64,000 bases of DNA from Callorhinchus milii (lineage: Eukaryota): the NCBI RefSeq assembly GCF_018977255.1, contig NW_024704751.1:8680001-8744000 (forward strand), read 5' to 3'. Positions 38,520 to 48,531 of the stretch are shown here, one piece after another. The position numbers and the translations under genes are program-made. Every line of letters starts with the position of its first letter. The stretch's first letter is position 1. The notes below the pieces were generated by a model. The model was not told the origin of the DNA, ran no database searches, and worked only from the letters and a program-made list of their open reading frames with translations.

Positions 38520-38690
38520 ATAATAGTAATAATCCCGGCATTTGATACAGCGCCTTATCACGTCTTCGAGACGTCTCAAAGCGCTTCGCAGGAAACACTG
38601 TAAAGTGAATTGACTGTATATTTTGTGAGTGAAACCCGGCAGTCAATTGCGCACAGTGCCGTCACACAAACAGCCGTGGGTTGAGATGTA
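38520..38690 (-). mobile_element. SINE 3' half (same family fragments near 10810, 13740, 16700, 17660, 22040, 23910, 25080, 27480, 34115, 36915, 47230, 47830, 51920, 56940, 61430, 62090, 63380, 63630)
   Basis: GCATTTGATACAGCGCCTTATCACGTCTTCGAGACGTCTCAAAGCGCTTC recurs throughout the window in both orientations; positions are approximate. Confidence 0.85.
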
Positions 38691-38715
38691 CAGAACTCTT
38701 CTCGAGGACAGTGTG

Positions 38716-38906
38716 NNNNNNNNNNNNNNNNNNNNNNNNNNNNNNNNNNNNNNNNNNNNNNNNNNNNNNNNNNNNNNNNNNNNNNNNNNNNNNNNNNNNN
38801 NNNNNNNNNNNNNNNNNNNNNNNNNNNNNNNNNNNNNNNNNNNNNNNNNNNNNNNNNNNNNNNNNNNNNNNNNNNNNNNNNNNNNNNNNNNNNNNNNNNN
38901 NNNNNN
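38716..38906. other. Assembly gap (N run)
   Basis: Run of N. Confidence 0.99.
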
Positions 38907-39240
38907 GGCCGCTGGGCTGCGGTGCGGTGCGGTGGGGGCGGTGCGGTGCGGGGGGGGTGCGGGGGGGGGGGGGCGGTGACGCCGCTCCGGGTGGGGGTTG
39001 GCTCTCAGTCACGTAGCTCTGCGGCATCACAATTGACTTTATTTAACGGGAGGCGGAGGGGAGGAAACCCGCATTGACATAGCGGAGCCGCAGCTGGAGA
39101 GCCGCAGCCGCAACCCACCCACCCACCGCCAGACAGACAGACAGACCCACCGACCCCCCGACCGACAGACAGACCGCACCCGCGGTGAGAGGTGAGAGAG
39201 GGGCGGAGGGGCACCGGGACGGGGGCACAGAGGTGTAGTC
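38907..39240 (+). promoter_or_regulatory. aldoc CpG-rich promoter and probable non-coding first exon
   Basis: GC boxes, TGACG half-site, CACGTA (HRE-like on the reverse strand) 39010-39015, TATA-like TTTATTTAA near 39038, candidate donors near 39185-39235. Exact exon limits not resolved. Confidence 0.6.
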
Positions 39241-42221
39241 CGGTTTCAGTGGTTACGGTTTGTGACAGAGATCACATCTCAGCCCCAAACCTCATCTCAT
39301 CTCATCTTTTTTTTTTGAACTGACAATTAATTTATTGTCGTTGACTTATCATCACCGCCATCACCGCCATCACCACCGTCATCGTCTTCGGTACCGCGTC
39401 TCATCCTCGCCTTCGAGACGTCTCGGACGGGGGATTAATCCGCTCGGAGAGACTGCGTCGTTTGCGGGGGAGGGAGGGGGCGGTGGGGTGGGGGGGGGGG
39501 GGGGGGGACGAGGCGGTTCGTGGGTTGCGGGGGGACCGGATCGCGGCATTAATTCTTAACTTCGATGTTATTTTAGCGAAATATATATGTCGATTTCACT
39601 AAAATGCGAAGGGCGGGTCTGACTCCCTGTGGGAGTGAGTGTGCGCGAGCGAACGAACGTGTGAGTGACCTGAAATGAAACGGACCATCGATTGTTTCAC
39701 GGTCAAGTGGATGTTCTCCGGCATTTCCCTCTCTCTCTCTCTCGCTCTCTCTCTCGCTCTCTCGGTCGCTGCCGGTTGTGTTTGAAAGCAGTTATTTTGT
39801 TGGAGTTTGTTGGATTTGTGCCCCGCTGCGTCATCGAGAGAGAGAGAGAGAGAGCGAGGGGTCGGGGGTGGGGGGGGGGGGGGTGCGGGGGTGAAATAAC
39901 AGCGACTGTACACAGAAGATCATCAGTCTGATAGTCAGTCAGACAGTCAGACGGACAGATAGACAGACACACGCATGATGCACTTGCATCAAGTCTCACC
40001 TCTGTTTACCCGCCAGCAACAACGTGCGTTTATATAACGGCTATCACGCAGCGCAGCTTACTCGGATGCTTAACAGTGACGGAGCTTGACGCCAGGCTGG
40101 CTGAGCCGGGTGTGGGGGGGGGGGGGGTGGAGGGAGAGAATGAACTGACCTTAAGCATGGTCAAAGAGGAAGGTCGTTAGTCATGATCTAAAAGAGGGGA
40201 AGGTGGGGGCCAGGTGGAGGGATTGAGACAGAGAGAGAGAGAGAGAGTTCCACGAAGCTTTGGGTGTGGGGGGGGGGGGGGGGGGGAGCTGAAAGCACGA
40301 CCACAGCTGGTGGAGGGGTCGAGGGACAAGCAGGAGGCCAGAGCCACTCGGGAAGCAGGATTTTCCGAAAGTGGTGAACGCTGCTTTGCTGATCCATATT
40401 GTGTGCGCGTGTGTGTGCGCGCGTGCATGTGTGCGCGCGTGTGTGTGTGCGTGTGTGTGTGTGCACGCTCCCTCCTCCCGGCTCGGTATCAGGCTCTGCC
40501 GCTGTGAAGCGCTTTGAGATGCCGTCCGGCATGAAGGGCGCTAACGTAAATGCAAGTTGTTGTTGTGGTTGTTGTTGCTGTTGCTCGTGGGAGCACAGAT
40601 CAGGCAGTGAGATGATCATGTTCAACATGCGTTCCTGCAGACTCCAGCCCAGCACCACAGACTCAGGGCTGTGAGTGTGAAGGAACATCCTTTTCGCACT
40701 CCCAGGTCAGATATCGCACTGGTTAGGTACAGAGCAAAGCTCCCTCTACACTGTCCGTTCACTCTCCCAGGTCAGGTAAAGCACAGGTTAGGGACAGAGT
40801 ACACTCGCCACCCAGGACTCTCAGGTCTGGTACAGTGTTGGGGTTGCAATGTCTCTGAGACTTGTCTAGTAAAGCCAGGTTTGCAGTGATCCAAGGCATT
40901 GTTGGTAGGCTGACCAGCCTGTCTGACTCATCAAAGAGACTTAGAGGTGTAGCGTTGCACTCAGCATTGCAAGCCAAAGCCTTGACAGGTAGCCAGCCCT
41001 CACAGCTGTGAAATGTACCAGCGCTTTTACCGATGAGCTGTGTAATTCTTACACATTTCCCAGATTGGGTACAGAACTAAGCTCCCTTTAAACTGTCCCA
41101 TCCAACAATCCCATTCCTGGGACTCCACCACCAAGGCTCATGGCTTGTTTGTGTGTTTGTATGAACACGTGTGTAAAAACAGGGGAACCTCAACAACAAT
41201 TACCTGTGTTTTTACTTCACAAAGTACCAGACCTGGGAGTGCTGGGTGGGCAGAGTGACGAGGGCTTCACTTAATCTCTAAAGCCATGTTTTACCTTGAA
41301 TTAGTTTGCAAAGATGGTGCCAGTCACCGGGCAGTGAGGATGACTCTCTTACTCTTTCTGTCCACCTCTCTCTTGCTCGCTCGCTCACTCTCGTCTGTCT
41401 AGTTTCCTCTCTGTATCGTTCATCCCCTCTCCTTTTCTCTTTCTGTCTCGTGCTGCCTTTATCTGTCTGTTTTCTCAAGCCTCTGTGCGGGCTTTTTTGT
41501 GTCCCTGGCAAATTTTGGCGAGTGCTGATTTCCAGGACCCTGTTGGGTGATCCCTGGGGGTGAGCGGGGTGGGGGCAGAGCAAATGGGGCCTGAAGGTGG
41601 GATTGGATGGTCAGATCAGATCAGATAGACGCTGCTTGAGTCCCTCGAGGAAGTTGAGCTTCGCATCAGTTTTCCGGTTGGGAGTCTTACACTTTTTGAT
41701 CCGCTGCTCATATTCCTCACCTGTTCTAGACCACAGATGAGCTTTTAACTGCTCTCTTTTAGCTCCATTATGGACTCTCTACTTTGCCCCATCTCTCCCA
41801 TTTTCAAACCTGCCTTAAGATCTATCTTTCTCACTGTTCTTTTGCCCTCTCTTCCTTTTCCCCCAAAGCTTGATCTCCCACTCGCTCGTATCCGGCATTT
41901 TAAGAACGTCCTCCCAACGTGGAAAAGCAATATTTATTCACACGTATGTTAATAGTTATGATTGCGCCACGCACACGCAAACACAGACACGCACACAAAC
42001 ACACACACACACTCATAAGTTGAGCACTCCCCTGAATGAAAACAAAAAAAGGGTCATACACCTCTTGGCTGTGGTGCAGAGAGGAGAGAATTATTTGGTA
42101 TGTGTGTGTGAGGAGGGGGGGAAGGGGGCGGAATGCTGTGAGAGAGAGAGAGAGAGAGAGAGAGATGTGAATATGACTGTGTGATGGACACCAGTCCTCT
42201 CTTCCAGCTTTGAATTGAAAG

Positions 42222-45200
42222 ATGACGCACCAATATCCCGCGCTCAGTCCTGACCAGAAGAGGGAACTCTCCGAGATTGCCTTGCGGATTGTTGCTCCAG
42301 GGAAGGGCATCCTGGCCGCAGATGAGTCTGTGGGTGAGTAACTGTCAATCAGACGCTTGGGAGCTGCGGACAGTGCTTTGGGGTGGGTGGGGAGGGAAGC
42401 GTTGGCTCTGAATGGACATCATGGCGCAGATTGACTGCTCCGCGTTTCTCTACGCAGTAAACGTTCCCTTTCATCTCTGATTCATGAAATTCTGTCGAGT
42501 CCCTATTCCCGAGTGAAGAATAGTATTCGAGAAGAGAAGGGGAGTTTCCCCCCCCCCCACTCCTCCCTCCCCCGCCCCTCATACCCCAAGGCCAACAATC
42601 CTCCAGATACATTAGCCGTTTGCCGACAGAAGTCGTCAAGAATTTCTGTCGAAGAGGCTTTGAGACTTTGCAAGGTTCTGAGTCACACTAATAAACTCAA
42701 GTGGTTTATATACCCCTCGTTCTGGGGGTAATTCTTTTAGAAGCAGAACCGAGGGGAAATCAGACACTGGTTTAAGTTAGACGTCGAGTTATCCCTGGTC
42801 GCTGGGAATGGGAGGTGAGGGGTTGGTCGGGTGTGTGGTGGGGAGACCCCTCTCGCTGTAAACATGGTCTCTCTCTCTGGCACAGGGAGCATGGCTAAGC
42901 GTTTTGCCCAGATCGGGGTGGAGAACAATGAGGAGATGAGGCGTCAGTACCGGCAGCTGCTGCTGACCGCTGACGATCGGGTCAAATCCTACCTCGGGGG
43001 CGTCATCTTCTTCCACGAGACCATGTACCAGAGCACGGACGATGGTGTCCCCTTCATCAACATCGTGAAGGAGCGAGGGATCGCTGCCGGGATCAAGGTC
43101 AGAGTCAGTCCGTCGGTCTGTGTATCTGTGTGTGTCCATGTCCGTGTGTCTCTCTCTTTCTCTGTCTGTCTGTGTCTGTCCACGTATCTCTCTTGTCTGT
43201 CTGTGTGTGTGTGTGTCTACTGGTGTCCAGTGTCATGCCTGTTATCCCGACCACTGACCTCCCCCCCCCCCACCCTCCCCGTTCTGTGTTGTTTACATGA
43301 GGCCCAACTGTCTGCCCAAGGCTCGTATCCGGGTAACTGGCAACTGGTTGTGTTTTTCAGGTTGACAAGGGTGTTGTTCCTTTGGCTGGAACCAATGGAG
43401 AGACCACAACTCAAGGTAGAGCATCTGAGCCATGTGTCGCTGAGCCTGACTGGAGAGCTGATTGTCCCAGATCTCAATGGGACCTGGTTTTCCAACGGAT
43501 CCCAAACTCCCCACAATTTTATCCCAACGCTCTGTCCTGATTGACATCTCCTTTTGGATTTTCACGAAAGTCATTTTGCTTTCATTTCGACAGCCCCTCT
43601 CCCGTCAGACTTGAGACGCTTAAGGGTGATGGGGCAGTGAGCAGGGAGGGAGGGAGGGAGGGGAATGTGTTCAGCTCCAAGGAACCCCCCACTTCCCCCC
43701 TTCCCCCCCCCCCCCCAACAAGGAGGATAGGTATCACCCTCTAGAATCTCTGAGATGTTGCCCCATATGAAGGGCACAATGAAGGTCTGATTGACTGTCT
43801 GACTGACCCTGACTCTGCCCTACTGTGTCGTCCGTGTTCTGTGCTGTGTTGCAGGGCTGGATGGGCTCGCCGAGCGCTGTGCCCAGTACAAGAATGACGG
43901 CGCAGACTTTGCCAAGTGGCGCTGTGTCCTGAAGATCACCAATAGCACCCCGTCGTGTCTCGCCATCAAGGAGAATGCCAACGTCCTGGCTCGCTACGCC
44001 AGCATCTGCCAACAGGTACCCGCGGCCTGGCAAAGGGGTGGGGGGAGGGGAATGGGCGGGTGGGGAGAGACTTGATGTCTAATCAGTCATTCGGCCAGGA
44101 CAGCAGTGATCCTGGTGGAGTTGACTTACTCTGCAGTGAATCTTGAGACGTTTTCCTGACCTAAAAGGCACTGCGTCAAAAACAATAAGTGAGGACGGTC
44201 GTCGAGTGAGTAAGAGGAGGGTTTGGGGGTGACTCCGGCTGCTCTGTGGTTGGGTTCCAGAGCCCGTCCTTGTCTCACCCTTGCTTTTGCCTGTCTCGGT
44301 TACAGAACGGAATCGTTCCCATTGTAGAGCCGGAGATCCTGCCAGACGGAGACCACGATCTGAAGCGTTGTCAGCACATTACTCAGAAGGTNNNNNNNNN
44401 NNNNNNNNNNNNNNNNNNNNNNNNNNNNNNNNNNNNNNNNNNNNNNNNNNNNNNNNNNNNNNNNNNNNNNNNNNNNNNNNNNNNNNNNNNNNNNNNNNNN
44501 NNNNNNNNNNNNNNNNNNNNNNNNNNNNNNNNGTTATTTTCCAGGTGTTGGCAGCTGTGTATAAAGCCCTGCACGAGCACCACGTTTACCTGGAGGGCAC
44601 GTTACTGAAGCCCAACATGGTGACCTGCGGCCACAGCTGCCCCACCAAGTTCTCCCCCGAGGAAGTGGCCAAAGCCACCGTGATCGCCCTGCGCCGCACT
44701 GTGCCTCCAGCCGTCCCAGGTCAGTGGCTCCGGGGGGAGGGAGGGGAAGAACATCTGTGTCTGATCGCTCTGTGGGGAACAAGTGGGGGGGTGGGGGAGC
44801 AAGCTTTGGGGGGAGCAAGCTGTCATGAAAGAGAGGGTTAAAGCTTATATAAATAATATATACACACATACATATATGTATATATACACACACACACACA
44901 CAGGGTGACCAAAATGTCATGATAACTAGACTATTATCCAAATATATATACATATATCATCATTTCTTTAAGTCTGATTAGACATTGTAATGACTTTTTG
45001 GTCACCCTGTATATAATCAATTGGCAGATCACTTTCCAGGGGTAATAATACCTGCCGAATAATGAAAAAAGATTAGGTCACTCAATCCATGACTTTGTGG
45101 GACGCTGCTGTGCGGGATTGGCTTCCGCGTTTCACCCATAAAAGACACAGTCACTCCACTTTACGATGTGTCCTGTGAGGCGCTTGAAACGTCACACACG

Positions 45201-45888
45201 CACAACGACGTGATAAGGCACTATGTCAAATGCAAGGATTATTATTATTATGCTCTGTGCAGGCATCACTTTCCTGTCGGGGGGGCAGAGTGAAGAGGAA
45301 GCTTCTCTCAACCTGAACGCCATCAACAAACTGCAGATCCCCAAGCCCTGGGCCCTCACCTTCTCCTTCGGCCGTGCCTTGCAGGCCTCAGCCCTGAGCG
45401 CTTGGCAAGGGCAGGCCTCCAACGTGGATATGGCCATGGATGAGTTCCTCAAGAGAGCTGAGGTAAGGCCCCACGGGGAGTCCTGTAGCTCAGTGGTTAG
45501 AGCACTCGCCTCGCAAGTGAGAGGACCTGGGTTTGATTTCTGGGCAGAGCGAAATGTTAGACAAGTCTCGTTACTCCACACAGATACACCTCTGTATATC
45601 GAACAGTAAGTAGGAACCCAGTTGTTAGTCGATTGGCGGATCGCTTTTCTGGGGATAATAATCCTGTCAAAATTTTAAAACAATATATCAATAATTGGGT
45701 CACTCAATCCACAACTGTTTGTGGGACACTGCTGTGCGCAATTGGCTGAATACAGTCAATTCACTTGACAGTATATTCTGTGAAGCTCTTTGAGACGTCT
45801 CAACGACGTGATAAGGCGCTGTATCAAATGCAAGGATTATTATTTATTTATTATAGAGGGACCGAAGGTTGTTGAGTGTGAGGTTTCT

Positions 45889-45938
<50 letters not shown>

Positions 45939-46087
45939 GCGAGGCTCAGTGATGTGTGTGTGCTTCGTTGTGTGTGCAGATAAACAGCATGGCCGCTCTG
46001 GGACAGTACGAGGCCTGTGAGGAAGAAGAGGATGAAGACACGGGCACTGCCGGGGAATCGCTGTACGTAGAAGACCACGCTTACTGA
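42222..46087 (+). CDS. aldoc: Fructose-bisphosphate aldolase C, 368 aa, 8 coding exons: 42222-42333, 42886-43097, 43361-43415, 43855-44015, 44306-44389, 44545-44719, 45263-45462, 45980-46087
   Basis: MTHQYPALS...[53 protein letters not shown] (Schiff-base Lys), [16 protein letters not shown]-terminal HAY. Exon sizes 112/212/55/161/84/175/200 are the vertebrate aldolase pattern. Isoform C is assigned from the position between spag5 and pigs. Confidence 0.96.
44392..44532. other. Assembly gap (N run) filling almost all of one aldoc intron
   Basis: Run of N starting right after the GT donor. Confidence 0.99.
44901..45009. mobile_element. Tc1/mariner-like MITE, 109 bp
   Basis: Terminal inverted repeats CAGGGTGACCAAAATGTCAT / ATGACTTTTTGGTCACCCTG (19 of 20 match); TA on the right flank, left flank absorbed in a TA/CA microsatellite. 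Confidence 0.75.
45015..45250 (+). mobile_element. 5'-truncated SINE ending about 12 nt before an aldoc exon
   Basis: SINE body and AAATGCAAGGATTATTATTATTA tail. Confidence 0.8.
45475..45855 (+). mobile_element. Full-length tRNA-derived SINE (about 380 bp)
   Basis: Head GAGTCCTGTAGCTCAGTGGTTAGAGCACTCGCCTCGCAAG (A box, Ala-like CGC loop), degenerate B box, L2-like (TTA)n tail. Confidence 0.85.
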
Positions 46088-47083
46088 GGAGCCTGACAGC
46101 CGGCCGGCCGGCCAGCAAACCCAAATTTAAAAAAAATAAAAACAAACAAAAAAAAAAAAACCCCAAAACAGGCAGAATCTCCTCATTGCAGCCTCCACTG
46201 GCACCACAGCTCTGCTACCTTGTAATCCGTGTGATGTGCTGTGACGGCCTATATCATCCGCTGTGAAGCCAGTCAGTCGGTCGGTCACTCGCCAGCACTA
46301 AATGGCGACACCTCCTCCCACTTACGTGCTCTGTTGTGTTCGGGTATAAAGTAGCAGCACTCTGCAGTACAGTGACCTGTGGTCAGTAAACCTGTGATGT
46401 CCACCCTGCTGGGTTTACTCTAACCCAAGGAGTATTACCGACCACACCACAGCGCTGTGTTTTTGTGGCTTAATCCTCTTTATGTGCCTCATCTCCCAAC
46501 CTCTTCCCTCCCCTATTCCCCCACTCCCCGCTCCCCCCACCCCCTCACCAGCACCCCCACCATCACTCCGTGCCCCCACCCTCGCCTCTGTGTGTCTGAG
46601 GCTCCAGAACTGAGCCCCTTCAGCGCATTCGTAAAGTGGAGCTTATCTGCCCTTTGCCACACCAACCCCCCTCACCACGTGACTGTGTTGTAGCTTCTAA
46701 AGGGAGTGAATGGCGGGGTGGGGGGTAAGGTTGGTTGTAGGCGTAGGGGAGGGTTGGTTGGTGGTGGGGGGGGTAATTGTGCACACATGTTAGAAATTAC
46801 ATGGGAGAAGGGGTCTGCAGTTGTTGCGTACATGCAAACATGTGGCGGGATTGGCATGAGCATGTGTCAGGAACATGTGCTCTCTTTTTCTCTCTCTCTC
46901 TCTCTCTCTTCCCCCCCCCCCCCCCCTTCCCACCACCCCCAGAAACAGGATTGCACTAGATTTGTATATTTTTGTCTTTACCAAAGGACATGATCAGCGG
47001 AGAGCAATCGAGTGTCTTGTGTAACAGTATTTTTGTGATGATCGTGTCCTGTACTCACTCCACACTCGCTGGGCAATAGTAGC

Positions 47084-47089
47084 AATAAA
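47084..47089 (+). terminator. Probable aldoc polyadenylation signal
   Basis: AATAAA about 1 kb after the stop, followed by GU/U-rich sequence. Confidence 0.55.
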
Positions 47090-48079
47090 CAACAATCACA
47101 ACACAACCAATCTTGTGTGCTGCTCTCCCTCACTCTCTCTCGGATGTTATTGATTACTTCATTGATTACTTATTCAGGCTGGTCCTAGCTTTTGGCTGCC
47201 GCGGGCTGGATGCCCTCATTTGAGAAATGTGCTTGCGTTTCGCCCACAAAATACACAGTCACTCCTCTTTACAGTATATTCTGTGAAGCGCTTTGAGACC
47301 TGATGAGGCGCTTTATCAAATGCAAGGATTGTTATCATTATTAAACATCCACGGGCTGCAGAAGCAATATTTATGCCTTTCCCTTCAAGACACAACATTT
47401 GCACAGCTCCTTTTTCACGTGGTTAGGACGTCTCAAAAGCACTCGACGCTGCTGGCTGGACACCTGAGCTGAGATGGCGGGAGCCGAGGGAGGTGGGATG
47501 GAGAGAGGAAAAGATGACCGAAAGCGTGGTCAAAGGGTTAGGTCTTGATGGGCCTTGAACGAGGAGAAGGAGGGAGCGAGTTGAGGGACTCCATGAATAG
47601 AGCTCCAGACAACGGGGGGAAATGGCGATGGGGTTGGGTGGGGACAAATGGGGCGGGGGGGTTATGAAGCAAGCTGTTGTTTGCTGGGTATAGAGAAGGT
47701 GGAGTCGGGAGGTCGCAGAAGTAGGGTGGGGACACTCTCTTGGGAGTCCTGGCCAACAATCCCCCAGATAAAAGTAGCCGCACTTTGCAGTACAATGACC
47801 TGCGATCAGCAAACCTGTGATGTCAAGGCAGGACATTGCTGTGTGCAAATTGGCTGCTGCATTCACTTACGTTCAAGCAGACACACAGTCATCGAAGAAA
47901 CACAGTTTTGTCCACAAAACACACAGTCACAGTATATCCTCTGAAGCACTTTGAAACGTCTCGAAGATGTAATAAGGTGTTATGTCAAATGCAACGATTA
48001 TTATTATTATTATTATCCGCTCCTTCAGCGACTGCCAGTATCAGCCATTGCGATGAGTTCCATTGTTTTTATATGATTG

Positions 48080-48390
48080 TGTCCCTGGATTTGGTTTACA
48101 ATCTATGGTCACCCTATTCATGGAGTTTTTATTTGTCTCTATAGGGTTTAGATGTCCCTGTAGGGTTTCTATATTACTTCCAAAAGTATTCAATCTGTCC
48201 CAGTGGGGGTTTATATAAATATATATATACAGTCAATTCACTTCACAGTGTATCCTGTGAAGTGCTTTGCGACATAATTATTATGATAGAATTTATAAGT
48301 TTCTATATGGGTTCTATAGGGTTTCTATATGTTCCTATGGGGTTTCTATATGTCTCTGGGGTTCCTATATGATTCTATAGGATCTCTATG
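48080..48390. repeat. Degenerate TATAGGGTTTCTATATGT-type tandem repeat interrupted by a SINE fragment
   Basis: Direct inspection; unit roughly 10-22 nt. Confidence 0.6.
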
Positions 48391-48399
48391 TGTCTCCAC

Positions 48400-48531
48400 A
48401 GAGTGAGCCCCGCCCCCGGTCCCGCCCTCACTGCGCTCTCATTGGCTGCTGTCGCTGTCAGTCCAGAGCACTTCCGGCATCTGAGCCCACTTCCGGCGTG
48501 TCAGGCCCTCATCCTCTACCGGCGGCGAGAG
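48400..48531 (+). promoter_or_regulatory. pigs housekeeping-type promoter / 5' UTR
   Basis: Two CCCGCCC GC boxes, ATTGG (reverse CCAAT) and two ACTTCCGG ETS/GABP motifs directly before the ATG at 48532. Confidence 0.7.

Noticed and set aside
44392-44532. Gap spanning almost exactly one intron
   Set aside because: An assembly or scaffolding feature; flanking exons are intact and in phase.
45475-45550. Possible tRNA-Ala gene
   Set aside because: Degenerate B box, no proper acceptor stem, and it continues into a SINE body.
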